The translations under genes and the position numbers were made by a program. From NCBI GenBank assembly GCA_963758525.1, contig CAVWVQ010000003.1:896001-960000 (forward strand): a stretch of DNA of 64,000 nt, read 5' to 3'. The stretch's first letter is position 1, and each line of letters opens with the position of its first letter. Shown here piece by piece: positions 44,850-56,511 of this stretch. Source of the stretch: an uncultured Phycisphaerales bacterium (GTDB taxonomy: Bacteria > Planctomycetota > Phycisphaerae > Tepidisphaerales > Tepidisphaeraceae). The notes under the pieces were generated by a model. That model was not told the DNA's origin. It saw only the letters and a list, made by a program, of their open reading frames with translations, and ran no database searches.

Positions 44850-46411
44850 TGAGCATGACCGCCCTTCCAACTTCGCCCGAATCGCTCGACACGCTCTTTG
44901 CCGAAGCGCGGGCCAACGTCGCCCGCATCGCCGCCGAGCATGACAGCGACAACACTTCCGACGATCCCCGGGCGCGCATGCCGCTGGTGGTCGGCGGCAA
45001 GAACTTCACGACCGTGACGGAAAACATCGCCGGCGTGGCGGAGAACCCGACGCCGCTGGGGTGGTACATCGCCTTCGTCATCGCGCTGTCGCTGCTTGGC
45101 CTGCTCGGGCTGTGCGTCAATTATCTGATCCTCACCGGCGTCGGCGTCTGGGGAAATAATCAGCCCGTCGGATGGGGCTTTGGCATCGTCAACTTCGTCT
45201 TCTGGGTCGGCATCGGCCACGCCGGCACGCTGATTTCCGCCATCCTCTTCCTGTTCCGCCAGAACTGGCGCACGGGCATCAATCGGTTTGCCGAGGCAAT
45301 GACGATCTTCGCCGTCATCTGCGCCGGCATGTTCCCTGGGATTCACGTCGGGCGGGCGTGGATGGCGTATTACATGTTTCCCCTCCCCAACCAGATGGAG
45401 ATGTGGCCCAACTTCCGCTCGCCGCTGCTGTGGGACGTTTTTGCCGTCGGCACGTATGCGACCGTTTCGCTGCTCTTCTGGTATGTCGGAATGGTGCCCG
45501 ATCTGGCGACGTTCCGCGACCGCGCGAAGGGCCCGATCCGGCAGATTGCCTACGGAATTGCCGCTTTGGGATGGAACGGCTCGAGCCGGCACTGGCACCG
45601 CTACGAGCGGATGTATCTGCTGCTGGCCGCGCTTGCGACGCCGCTGGTGCTCTCGGTTCACTCGGTGGTGAGTTTCGATTTTGCCACCGCGCAGCTTCCA
45701 GGCTGGCACGCCACCATCTTCCCGCCCTACTTTGTCGCGGGCGCCATTTACGGCGGCTTCGCGATGGTGCTCTGCCTGGCAATTCCCTGCCGCGAATTCT
45801 TCGGCCTCAAGGACATCATCACCAAGCGGCATCTCGACAACATGGGCAAAGTGCTCCTGGCGACGGGAATGCTCGTAGCCTATTCGTATCTCTGTGAAGC
45901 ATTCATCGCCTGGTACGGTGGAAATCCCACCGAACAATTCACGTTCCGCAACCGCGCGTTCGGCCCGTATGCCTGGGCGTACTGGATCATGATCTGGTGC
46001 AACGTGATGGCGCCGCAATTCCTCTGGTCGAGCACGATTCGCAAGAACCTGCTGGCCTTGTTTATCGTGGCAACGTTCGCGAACATCGGAATGTGGTTCG
46101 AGCGATTTGTCATCATCGTCACCACATTGACCCGCGACTTCCTCCCGTCGAGTTGGCACAGCTTCCGCGCCACATGGGTCGATCTTGGGACGCTGGCGGG
46201 AAGCTTCGGATTGTTCTTCACGCTGTTCCTGCTCTTCTGCCGGTTTCTGCCAATGGTGGCGATGGCGGAAGTGAAGAGCACGATGCCGCAGGCACACAGT
46301 CATGATCCCGACGCGCATCCGGATACGCAGCGATCAGATTATCGTCCCGACGAGCATTCGGATCCGGATCATGCAGCTCCCCGTGGCGGAGGCGCCGTTT
46401 CGGCCCCGTGA
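44849..46411 (+). CDS. actC: ACIII NrfD-family quinol-oxidising membrane subunit
   Basis: [55 protein letters not shown]. Confidence 0.95.
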
Positions 46412-46426
46412 GCAAGGCGAAAACTC

Positions 46427-47017
<591 letters not shown>

Positions 47018-47049
47018 GTCGCGACTGCCGCAAAAGAGCTGAGTGATTG

Positions 47050-47859
47050 ATGAGCGAGCATCCCAATACACCGCATCCCGATGAGCCCCAGGGGGACGAG
47101 CCGGCGTCGCTGGACGACCTCTCGAAGCTTGCGGTCCCCGCGGAACTGCCGCTGCCTCCGCTGCCGCGCCCGCCCTTCTGGCTGATGGCGATTTTTCTGG
47201 TGGGCGTGGTGATCACGTGGGTGCCGCTGGCGGTCATCGCCCGGGCGCGGGTGTCGCGCTCGGAGGAGCCGGCCATCCACATCCTGCAGGACATGGGAAC
47301 GCAGCCGAAATATCGCGAGCAGCAGACCAGCGAAGTCTTCGCCGACGGACGTGCCGATCGGCAGCGCGTCGCGGGAACGGTGGCGCGTGGCATGCTCGAA
47401 GACGACGATCAATACAATCGCGGCTTCACCCGCACCATGGAGGGCTCGGGCAAGTCCACCGTGAAGTTCTTCGACGGCTTTCCCGCACAGGTGAAGGTCG
47501 ATAAGGCGCTGCTGGAGCGCGGCCAGCAGCGATTCAATATCTACTGCTATGTTTGCCACGGGTACGACGGCGCCGGGCACGGCCCGGTGAACGAACGCGC
47601 GATGGAACTGATGTCGCTGCAGCTTGCCAATTGGACGCCGGCGGCTTCTCTTCTGTCTGACACTGTCCGCGGACGGCCCAATGGACATATTTTCAACACC
47701 ATCACCAACGGCATTCGCGGAATGCCCCCGTATGGGGCGCAGGTTCCGATTGCGGACCGCTGGGCGATCGTCGCTTATGTGCGGGCGCTGGAATTGGCGC
47801 AGAACGCGCCGCTGAGCACGGTGCCGAAAGAGAATTTGAACGGCTTGCCGACGCACTGA
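47050..47859 (+). CDS. actE: ACIII monoheme cytochrome c subunit
   Basis: DMGTQPKY, GTVARG, RGQQRFNIYCYVCHG, MPPY...DRWAIVAYVRAL. Confidence 0.9.
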   Translation: MSEHPNTPHPDEPQGDEPASLDDLSKLAVPAELPLPPLPRPPFWLMAIFLVGVVITWVPLAVIARARVSRSEEPAIHILQDMGTQPKYREQQTSEVFADGRADRQRVAGTVARGMLEDDDQYNRGFTRTMEGSGKSTVKFFDGFPAQVKVDKALLERGQQRFNIYCYVCHGYDGAGHGPVNERAMELMSLQLANWTPAASLLSDTVRGRPNGHIFNTITNGIRGMPPYGAQVPIADRWAIVAYVRALELAQNAPLSTVPKENLNGLPTH

Positions 47860-47891
47860 GTCGGTCGAGCAGGCAGCTGGTTGGAGTTTGA

Positions 47892-49195
47892 ATGGCGAAC
47901 AGCCCGACGCATCTTGATCCCCATGGAGCAGCAAGCGTGCCCGAGCGCCTTGAGCTGGGCGATAGCGCATGGCCGCTCTACTGGACGTCGACCATCGTCG
48001 GCGTCATCGGCATCCTTCTGGCGATCCTCATCGGCGCACGCGAAGACTCCACGCTCGCTCGTTTCTTTTTCGCTTATCTCGTCGCGTTTTGCTTCGTGCT
48101 GAGCCTCACGCTCGGCGCGTTGTTTTTCGTGCTGCTGCAATATCTGGTCAAGGCGGGATGGAGCGTCAACGTGCGGCGCATTGCCGAGTGGATGGCATCG
48201 TCCATGCCCGTCGTTGCCGCCATGTCGGCGCCGCTGCTGATTTCGGTGGTGATGCACAATGGCATCCCATATCGCTGGTCGACTCCCGGCTGGGGCAAGC
48301 CGGCGGTTCCCGCCGCCCATCAGGTCGAGGGCGCCGTCAAGACCGAAGAGATCAGCGCCTCCAAGCGCGCTTATCTCAGCCCGCCTTTTTTTGTCGCCCG
48401 CATCGTGATCTATTTCGCGATTTGGGGCGGCATTTCGTTCTGGTACTGGAAACAGTCTGTCCTGCAGGACAAGACCGGCGATCCAAAGCTCACCGCCCGC
48501 ATGCAATCACTGGCCGCGCCCTGCCTGGTCATTTGCGCCCTGACGACGACGCTGGCGGCCTTCGATCTGATCATGTCGCTCGATCCCACCTGGGCCAGCA
48601 CGATGTTCGGCGTCTATTACTTTGCCGGCTCGATGCTCGGGTTCTTCGCGTTCGCGATCATCGTGGTGGTCTACCTTCAGTCGAAGGGGTTTTTGACCCG
48701 AGGCATCACCGTCGAGCACATTCACGACATGGGGAAGTTTCTCTTCGCGTTCACGTTCTTCTTCGGATACATCGCCTTCAGCCAGTACATGCTGATGTGG
48801 TACGCGAATATTCCCGAGGAAACGGAATGGTTTCTCCGACGGGGCGTTTCCACGGCGCCGGCGCGCAAAACGGCTATACCGTTTTCGCGTTTTGCATTCT
48901 CTTCGGGCAGGTGCTGATTCCGTTTGCCGGGTTGTTGTCGCGGCATGTGAAGCGGAATCCGAAGTTGCTCGCGTTCTGGGCCTGCTGGCTGCTCGTGTTC
49001 CACTGGTGCGACATGTATTGGCTGATCATGCCGGAGATCAAGGCGTTCGTTTTCCCCGGTCTTCTGCCATTGTGTGCGACGGTCGGATTGCTCGGATTCT
49101 TCGTGGCAACCATCGTTCGCAAGGCGGCACACGAGTCGCTTCGGCCGCTGCATGATCCGCGGATGAATGAAGCGATGGCGTTTCACAATATTTGA
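47892..49195 (+). CDS. actF: ACIII membrane subunit F, frameshifted near 48861
   Basis: MSLDPTWASTMFG, HIHDMGK, FSQYMLMWYANIPEET; continues in another frame (PFAGLLSRHVKR...DMYWLIMP...DPRM). Confidence 0.9.
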
Positions 49196-49232
49196 GAGTT
49201 GACCATCGGCCCCGACGGGCCAAAGGTGCTGT

Positions 49233-49553
49233 GTGGCTTTTAAACAGGAAATCAACGTTCCGCTGGTCTTCACGATCGGAGTCGTCTCCGGCTTCCTCCT
49301 GATTACCATCGTGATCGGAGTGCAGGCGTGGTACCTCAGTGAAGAGCAGGGCGAAATCGACGCCAAGGCGGATACGTCGCCGGTGCAGATTCTCGTCGAC
49401 GCCAAAGAGGCCAGGGCGCATTTGAGCGATCCGCCGCATTGGACCGACAAATCGCGCAAAACGCTGCAAATCCCCATCGAGCAGGCAATGGACCTGATCG
49501 TGAGCAACAAGGGCGTCTTGCCGGCAACGCAGCCCAGCGCCTCGGCGCAATAG
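49233..49553 (+). CDS. Small single-TM ACIII-associated protein (ActG-like)
   Basis: One TM; C-terminal W.DK...QIPIEQAMDL; sits between actF and sco. Confidence 0.7.
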   Translation: MAFKQEINVPLVFTIGVVSGFLLITIVIGVQAWYLSEEQGEIDAKADTSPVQILVDAKEARAHLSDPPHWTDKSRKTLQIPIEQAMDLIVSNKGVLPATQPSASAQ

Positions 49554-49565
49554 AGCGACGGTGAC

Positions 49566-50438
49566 TTGAAGACTGAACTGATGCGACGTGTCGCCAAACA
49601 TCTTCGGATCTTGATCGTGCTAGCCGCCGGATGCTTCGCTATCGGCGCAGCGCAAGCGCGCGGGGATACGGGCGCGGACCAGTTCCCCTCGGGTTCCGAA
49701 GCCTCCCCAAATCTTCCTCCGGTTCTCGATGGTGTTGGCGTGATTGAACATCCCAATGCACGGCTGCCGCTGGATTCCCGCTTTGTGGATGACCGGGGAC
49801 GCACCATCACGCTCGGCCAGCTTTTCAATGGAAAACGTCCTGTGGTGCTGCAGCTTGGTTACTTCGGCTGTCCCAAGCTCTGCGGTCTGATCTCGCACGG
49901 GCTGGTCGATTCCGCCAAGGTCCTGGGGCTCAAGGCCGGGTCCGACTACGACATGATCTTTGTCAGCGTGCATCCAGCGGAAACGCCCTCCCTTGCCGCC
50001 CAGGCCCACGAAGCGTTCGTTCACGACTACGGCCGTCCCGAAGAGACCGGCGGATTCCACTTTCTCGTCGGTGAGCAGAACGTAACCAAGGCACTTGCGA
50101 ATACGGTCGGCTTTCAATTCAAGAAACAGCCCGGCACTCAGTTGATCGCCCATCCGGCGGTCGTCTTCATCTGCACCCCCGATGGCCGGGTCTCCCGTTA
50201 TCTCTACGGCGTCGATTTTCCGACCCAGACGCTTCGGCTTTCGCTGGTCGACGCTTCGGATGGAAAAATCGGCACCACCGTCGATCGGATTTTAACCTTC
50301 TGCTATGACTACGACGCCAAAAGCCAGACGTATAAACTGGCGATCTGGGTCATGCGCGCCAGCGGCATTCTCACGATGCTCATGCTCGGATCGGGCATTA
50401 CCTGGCTGATCCGCCATGAGGCGCGAGCGCGACACTGA
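49566..50438 (+). CDS. SCO1/SenC copper chaperone
   Basis: Signal peptide, CPKLC (CxxxC), AHPA, SRYLYG, C-terminal TM. Confidence 0.9.
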   Translation: MKTELMRRVAKHLRILIVLAAGCFAIGAAQARGDTGADQFPSGSEASPNLPPVLDGVGVIEHPNARLPLDSRFVDDRGRTITLGQLFNGKRPVVLQLGYFGCPKLCGLISHGLVDSAKVLGLKAGSDYDMIFVSVHPAETPSLAAQAHEAFVHDYGRPEETGGFHFLVGEQNVTKALANTVGFQFKKQPGTQLIAHPAVVFICTPDGRVSRYLYGVDFPTQTLRLSLVDASDGKIGTTVDRILTFCYDYDAKSQTYKLAIWVMRASGILTMLMLGSGITWLIRHEARARH

Positions 50439-50453
50439 TACTGAAAGACGTTC

Positions 50454-51578
50454 ATGCACCAGTTCATTCTTCCCATGCTCGCTGATCTGTGGCTGCCTCA
50501 CGGCGCGTCGACCGTCGCGGAGCCGATCGACTGGCTCTTCTATTTCATCCTGTACATCTGCGTCTTTTTCTTCTTCCTGATTCTCGGGCTGGTCTGCGTA
50601 TTCTCGTGGAAATATCGATATCAGCCGGGCAAAACGCAGGGACCGGCCCCCAAGCACAGCACGGCGCTGGAACTCACCTGGACGTTTATTCCGACGGTCA
50701 TTGTCATCGTGATCTTCTACTACGGCTTCAAGCAGTATCTGAACCTGGCGGTGCCGCCTCCCAATGCCTATGAGGTCATCGTCATCGCCCAGACCTGGAA
50801 CTACGCCTTTCAATATCCGGACGGGTCGATCGACTCGAAGCTGCACATTCCCGCAGGCGTCCCCGTGAATCTGATCCTGGAATCCAAGGACGTGATTCAC
50901 GGCTTCTACGTGCCGGAATTCCGCGTCAAGAAGGACATCGTCCCCGGACGCTACAACCGTCTGTGGTTTCAGTGCAACGAACCAGGCGTCTACGACATCT
51001 ATTGCACGCAATATTGCGGACAGGGTCATTCGCAAATGCGGTCGACCTGCACAGTCGATCCAGAATTGGATTTCAAGAAATATCTGACGGTGTTAAACAC
51101 GCCGGTCGGACCCAAGGACCAGATCGGCCGCCATCTCTATGAGACGCGCGGCTGCATGACGTGCCACACCATTGACGGCAGCAAAGGCACCGGCCCGACC
51201 TGGAAAAATATCTGGGGATACGAGGTTCAGTTTGAGTCCGGGCCGCCGCTGATCGTGGATGCCCCGTACATCCGCGAATCGATCCTGATGCCCTCCGCCA
51301 AGATCGTCAAGGGATTCAGCAACGTGATGCCCAGCTTCCAGGGGCAGTTGAAGGACGAGCAGATCAACGACATCATTGCGTTCATTCAAACCTTGAGCGA
51401 CAAATACACCCCGCCGCCGACCACTGGCCCGACCAGCGGGCCCAGCACCAAACCGGTGACTGCATCGGCAGGCGACTCGCGGGCCCGGAAAACCTCGGCG
51501 TCGATCGGGCTGTCTGATTCGGCTGCGAAGCCGTTCCAGAGCCGCGTGCCAACTTCTCCAAACAATGGAGCGTTTTGA
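50454..51578 (+). CDS. coxB: Cytochrome c oxidase subunit II with fused cytochrome c (caa3 type)
   Basis: [27 protein letters not shown]uA site, CMTCH heme. Confidence 0.95.
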   Translation: MHQFILPMLADLWLPHGASTVAEPIDWLFYFILYICVFFFFLILGLVCVFSWKYRYQPGKTQGPAPKHSTALELTWTFIPTVIVIVIFYYGFKQYLNLAVPPPNAYEVIVIAQTWNYAFQYPDGSIDSKLHIPAGVPVNLILESKDVIHGFYVPEFRVKKDIVPGRYNRLWFQCNEPGVYDIYCTQYCGQGHSQMRSTCTVDPELDFKKYLTVLNTPVGPKDQIGRHLYETRGCMTCHTIDGSKGTGPTWKNIWGYEVQFESGPPLIVDAPYIRESILMPSAKIVKGFSNVMPSFQGQLKDEQINDIIAFIQTLSDKYTPPPTTGPTSGPSTKPVTASAGDSRARKTSASIGLSDSAAKPFQSRVPTSPNNGAF

Positions 51579-51597
51579 CAGGACTGGAGTCGTAACA

Positions 51598-53388
51598 ATG
51601 TCTTCCTCAGACCATCCCGTCGCAACCTCAGGGCCGGCGGTTCTTTATTTAACCCCGCCGGAAGACAACTATCTCACCCACGACAAGGGCGTACTGTCGT
51701 GGCTCTTCACGCTGGATCACAAGCGCATCGGGATCATGTACATGATTGCCGTATGCGCCTTTTTCTTCTTCGGCGGAATGTTCGCGCTGGGCCTGCGGAC
51801 GGAGTTGCTTTCGTACAACGCCTGGCAGGACCACGGCAACCACAGCGTTCCCCAGACGCTCATGCTCTACAACAACATGTTCACGCTCCACGGCGCGATC
51901 ATGGTTTTCCTGTTCATCATTCCCGCCGTGCCCGCGATTCTCGGCAATCTCATCCTCCCCATCATGCTCGGGGCCAAGGACGTGGCTTTCCCCCGCCTGA
52001 ATCTCATGAGCCTCTATGTCTACTGGCTCGGCGCCGCGTTCTTTCTCTATGTTTTGCTCGGCGGCGTGTTAGGAGCCCTGGGCCATCCGCTTCCCGGCGG
52101 GATGGGGCTCGATACCGGCTGGACGTTTTACGCGCCGTACAGCACCACTCGCAGCATGGCGGGCGTGGTCCCTGCCACCTTGGGCGCGTTCGTCGTTGGG
52201 TTCAGCTCGATTTTGACCGGCGTGAACTTCATCACGACCATTCACATTCTCCGGCCCAAAGGGATGACCTGGTTCCGCATGCCGCTGTTCCTGTGGGGCC
52301 TCTATGCCACCAGCATCATCCAGATCCTGGCAACACCGGTCCTGGCGATTACGCTGCTGCTGGTTGTCGCCGAACGCACCCTGCGGGTGGGCATTTTCGA
52401 CCCCTCCATCGGTGGCGATCCGGTCCTCTACCAGCACTTCTTCTGGTTCTACTCCCACCCCGCCGTCTACATCATGATTCTGCCGGCAATGGGCGTGATC
52501 AGCGAACTGATCTCAGTCTTCAGCCGCAAGCACATTTTCGGCTACAACTTCATCGCTTTCAGCTCCATCGCCATCGCCCTGCTCGGGTTCCTGGTTTGGG
52601 GCCATCACATGTTCGTCAGCGGCCAGTCGGCGCTGGCGGATTCGATCTTCAGCTTCCTGACATTCAGCGTGGCCATCCCCTCGGCCGTCAAGGTCTTCAA
52701 CTGGACCGCCACCCTCTACCGCGGCTCCATCCGCTTCAAGACGCCGATGCTCTATGCCCTTGGATTCATCGTGCTGTTCACCGTCGGCGGGCTCACTGGT
52801 CTTCCCCTGGGGGCTCTTGCGACCGACGTTCCGCTGCATGACACGTACTTCGTCGTGGCCCACTTCCACTACGTCATGATGGGAAGCATGCTGTTCGCCT
52901 TCCTCGGCGGCATGTACTACTGGTTCCCCAAGATTTTCGGGAAGATGTATCACGAAGATACCGGCCGTATCGCGGCCCTGATCGTCTTCCTCGGTTTTAA
53001 CCTGACGTTTTTCCCGCAATTCATCGCTGGCACCAAGGGGATGCCGCGCCGATGGGCGACGTATCCCGAGAAGTATCAGATTTATCACCAGACCTCGACC
53101 TGCGGCGCGTATCTCATGGCGATCGGGCTGTTCACCGTCGCGGGCAATTGGATTCACGCGCTGGCAAAGGGCCGCAAGGCGCCGCCAAATCCCTGGGGCG
53201 GAAACACGCTGGAATGGCACTGCAGTTCACCGCCCCCCTACTACAACTTTAAGAAGACTCCCGTCGCCGACGATCCCTATAACCTGGGGAATTGGGAGTA
53301 TGTGTCCGAGGAAGAGGGCTGGCTCCCGCGCGTGAGCGAGCCCGCGCCTGTCGCGCCGCCTGACAAGACGCTGCCGATCACGAGCTGA
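51598..53388 (+). CDS. coxA: Cytochrome c oxidase subunit I, A2 type
   Basis: [23 protein letters not shown] (A2 YS signature), [28 protein letters not shown] before ATG 51598. Confidence 0.96.
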   Translation: MSSSDHPVATSGPAVLYLTPPEDNYLTHDKGVLSWLFTLDHKRIGIMYMIAVCAFFFFGGMFALGLRTELLSYNAWQDHGNHSVPQTLMLYNNMFTLHGAIMVFLFIIPAVPAILGNLILPIMLGAKDVAFPRLNLMSLYVYWLGAAFFLYVLLGGVLGALGHPLPGGMGLDTGWTFYAPYSTTRSMAGVVPATLGAFVVGFSSILTGVNFITTIHILRPKGMTWFRMPLFLWGLYATSIIQILATPVLAITLLLVVAERTLRVGIFDPSIGGDPVLYQHFFWFYSHPAVYIMILPAMGVISELISVFSRKHIFGYNFIAFSSIAIALLGFLVWGHHMFVSGQSALADSIFSFLTFSVAIPSAVKVFNWTATLYRGSIRFKTPMLYALGFIVLFTVGGLTGLPLGALATDVPLHDTYFVVAHFHYVMMGSMLFAFLGGMYYWFPKIFGKMYHEDTGRIAALIVFLGFNLTFFPQFIAGTKGMPRRWATYPEKYQIYHQTSTCGAYLMAIGLFTVAGNWIHALAKGRKAPPNPWGGNTLEWHCSSPPPYYNFKKTPVADDPYNLGNWEYVSEEEGWLPRVSEPAPVAPPDKTLPITS

Positions 53389-53438
53389 AACGCCTTGGAA
53401 ACCGCGACGATGATGATGACGAAAGGGACAACGCGAAG

Positions 53439-54369
53439 ATGAGCACTGCAACCGATACCCATGGCGCCACCGCCCTGGCCGCGCACGACGACGCGGAAGG
53501 GCACGTCCATCATTCGCCGCACCTCGCCCACCACTTCGACAGCCCCGAACAGCAGTTCATGGGCGCCAAGCTGGGCATGTGGGTGTTCCTCGGAACCGAA
53601 GTGCTGATGTTCGGCGGATTGTTCTGCGCCTACTCGGTCTATCGCCGATCCCACCCGCAGGTGTTTGAGTTTGCGGCGCAGGACTACCTCAGCACCAAGC
53701 TGGGGGCGCTGAACACAATCGTTCTCATCACCAGCAGTTTGACGATGGCCTGGGGCGTGCGATGCGCAGCTCACGCAAACCCGGGGCCTGATCATCTGCC
53801 TGATTCTCACCCTGCTCGGCGCCGCGGGATTCCTCGTCGTCAAAACCATCGAGTATCGAGCCAAATGGGTCGAGCACGTCTTTGTCGGCGACTGGCCCGG
53901 CAACCCCAACCGGTTTCTGGGCGCCGGGCAGCATCCGGCAAAGAAAATGGCTCCGCCGCCGCCCAACATCATTTCTCCCGACAACTTCAGCGACGGCAAC
54001 GCCGAAAGCCCCGATGCGGCGCAAATCCGCCCCTATATGGCCGGCCCCTCCGGTCTGACGCCCACTTATCTGCAGGAAGATAAACCGGCTCCGGTCGGTG
54101 AATATAAAACGCTCACCTATGACGATCTCTCACCGGCGGATCAGAAAAACGTCTCCACCTTCTTCAGCATTTATTTCCTCATGACCGGCCTGCACGGCGT
54201 TCACGTGGTGGTCGGCATGGGGCTGATCACCTGGATTCTGATTCGGGCGATCAAAGGTGAATTTTCCAGCGAATTCTTTACGCCGGTGGATCTGATCGGA
54301 CTCTACTGGCATCTGGTCGATCTGATCTGGATCTTCCTGTTCCCTCTGTTGTATCTGATTCACTCATAA
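53439..54369 (+). CDS. coxC: Cytochrome c oxidase subunit III, frameshifted near 53766
   Basis: [31 protein letters not shown], then [36 protein letters not shown]; Pro-rich extracytoplasmic insertion. Confidence 0.92.
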
Positions 54370-54385
54370 CGCGAACGACATCATC

Positions 54386-55372
54386 ATGAGCAGTCTGGCC
54401 CAATCCAACGAGATCCCCGCTCCAGTCGCTGACGACGTCCCCAGCGGCGGCCATCATCCCCAGGGCGCGCACGCGGTTCCCAAGCGCGTCTTGCTGGGAG
54501 TCTATGGACTCCTGTGCCTGCTCACCGCCATCACCGTCGGCGTTTCCCTCATCGATCTGGGCCCGGCCAACATCTGGGTCGCTCTCTTCGTCGCCGTCAT
54601 CAAGGGCGGCCTGGTCGTCATGTACTTCATGCACCTGCGCTGGGACAGCCCATTCAATGGCGTGGTGCTCATCGCGGCGATGTTTTTCGTGGCGCTCTTC
54701 ATCGGCATCGCGATGCTCGATTCCAAGGAGTATCAGCCCAACCTGGAAAAGCCTGAAATCGTCCAGCAATACTCCGCCGCCGACACCGGGTCGAACCTTC
54801 CCAACGGTCCCAAGCCCCCGATGCTTCCCAGCGCGTTAACCGGGGACCAGGTGAAGGACATTCTCGCTGCTGATGTCAAAGAAACGCCCGCCAGCAAGTT
54901 GAACTATGACGACGTCGTGGCGGCCGCCGAGAAAGATCCCGGCGACGCCGAGCTTGGCGTGGCGTTGTTTCAGAACAGGGGCTGTGTGAACTGCCACACC
55001 CTGACCAAAGATCAGGCGCCCCGTGCCCCTTATCTTGGCGATGTGACTGCCCGTCACGACAAAGCCTATATCTTCGAATCGATCCTTCGTCCCAGCGCCA
55101 AGATCGCCGACGGCTTCGCCAATAATCTGTTCCAACTCAAGGACAAGACGATCCTGCAGGGCTTCCTCATTGCCGAGTCCGACGACAGCGACACCATCCG
55201 CGATACCAACGGCCTGGTCACGGTCATCCCAAAATCGATGATCAAAAAGCATCGCGTCCTTCCAGACTCGCTGATGCCCGCGGGCCTGGGCGATAATCTC
55301 ACCGTTCACGACCTGGCCTCTCTCTACGCATTCCTCGACTCGCTGAACAAAACCTCCGTCGCCGAAAAATGA
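54386..55372 (+). CDS. caa3 oxidase subunit IV fused to a C-terminal c-type heme domain
   Basis: N-terminal LLCLLTAITV...KGGLVVMYFMHLRWD; C-terminal GDAELGVALF...CVNCH...ESILRPSAKIADGF...SLMPAGL. Confidence 0.88.
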   Translation: MSSLAQSNEIPAPVADDVPSGGHHPQGAHAVPKRVLLGVYGLLCLLTAITVGVSLIDLGPANIWVALFVAVIKGGLVVMYFMHLRWDSPFNGVVLIAAMFFVALFIGIAMLDSKEYQPNLEKPEIVQQYSAADTGSNLPNGPKPPMLPSALTGDQVKDILAADVKETPASKLNYDDVVAAAEKDPGDAELGVALFQNRGCVNCHTLTKDQAPRAPYLGDVTARHDKAYIFESILRPSAKIADGFANNLFQLKDKTILQGFLIAESDDSDTIRDTNGLVTVIPKSMIKKHRVLPDSLMPAGLGDNLTVHDLASLYAFLDSLNKTSVAEK

Positions 55373-55376
55373 CCCC

Positions 55377-55401
55377 CCGTGGCATGGGCGCCCCGCCCAT
55401 G
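55377..55401. repeat. REP-like palindrome GTGGCATGGGCG..CCGCCCATG
   Basis: Also at ~57956-57980, with an inverted partner at ~58050-58081. Confidence 0.65.
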
Positions 55402-55539
55402 CGGGCTGCATCAGCAATAAAATGAATTGGGATCGCAAGTATCTGCCATCCAGGTTCCCTTTTTTGCCCTTCTACGTGATAGGTGGAAGCCCGTGCCAGG
55501 CCTGCGACGGGCCCTAAGATTCACTCGGACCGCACCTCA

Positions 55540-56160
55540 ATGCCGTCAAAAGAAGATTCATCATCGCCTCGTTTCGGCTCGCCAACCCATCCACCGGCGA
55601 CGCTCGCCACCCGCGCGGGCACGGTCGCGATGGTGCTCTTCCTCCTCTCACTGGGAATGCTCTTTTTCGTCAGCATTCTCGGCTACGTGCTGATTCGCAC
55701 GCGCAGCGAAAAAAGCCCGCCCCTGGGAGCAATTCAGATTCCCGCGGGATTATTCCTTAGCACCGTCCTGGTGATCGCCGGAAGCTTCACCATGCACTTT
55801 GCCGTTCGCGACGTACGCCAGGAAAAACTCGCGCAACTCCGCAACTGGCTGTCGATCACGCTCACCATTTCCGTCGCATTCCTGCTCCTCCAGGCCGTCT
55901 TCCTCCGCGAGCTGTTGGTGGAACATGCCGATGCCCAATCTCATGGCATCGTCCTCTACGGCCTGATCTTCTTCCTCGTCCTCCTGCACGGCCTCCACGT
56001 CGTCGGCGGGGTCGTCGCCCTGCTTCTGGTCTACATCGGCGCCCGCGCCGGCCGATACGATCACGAACATTTCTACCCCGTCCGCAACGCCTGCCTCTAC
56101 TGGCATTTCCTCGACGGCGTCTGGCTCACCATGTTCGCGATGTTCATCATCTTGCGGTGA
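55540..56160 (+). CDS. Second heme-copper oxidase subunit III-family protein
   Basis: Five TMs, LHGLHVVGG, CLYWHFLDGVW. Confidence 0.88.
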   Translation: MPSKEDSSSPRFGSPTHPPATLATRAGTVAMVLFLLSLGMLFFVSILGYVLIRTRSEKSPPLGAIQIPAGLFLSTVLVIAGSFTMHFAVRDVRQEKLAQLRNWLSITLTISVAFLLLQAVFLRELLVEHADAQSHGIVLYGLIFFLVLLHGLHVVGGVVALLLVYIGARAGRYDHEHFYPVRNACLYWHFLDGVWLTMFAMFIILR

Positions 56161-56310
56161 GGGGACGGAGGGAGAGAGGGACAGAGGGACAGAGGGACGG
56201 AGGGACAAAGGGACAAAGGGATAAAGGGACAAAGGGACACAGGGACAAAGGGATGGAGGGACAGATGGACGGAGGGACAGAGGGGTGGAGAAACAAAGGG
56301 ACAAAGGGGA
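56160..56310. repeat. Purine-rich GGGACAAA/GGGACAGA/GGGACGGA octamer tract
   Basis: agggacagagggacagagggacggagggacaaagggacaaaggg... immediately after the operon stop. Confidence 0.85.
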
Positions 56311-56404
56311 CACCACCCGACGAAGTAATGCCAGCGTAAGATGATTCCGAACTCGCCAGGGGTGTCGAGGTAGCTTGCCCTTCGCGGAGCGTCCCGCCGA
56401 TTTC

Positions 56405-56500
56405 TTCAATTTTGCAATTCGCAATCCCCAATTTGCAATTTGCAATCTCCCTGATCTCCCTTTGCAATTTGCAATCTCCCTATCTCCCTCTGCAATTTGC
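56405..56500. repeat. TTTGCAA heptamer tract
   Basis: caattttgcaattcgcaatccccaatttgcaatttgcaatc...tttgcaatttgcaatc. Confidence 0.8.
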
Positions 56501-56511
56501 ACTCCCCTCCG

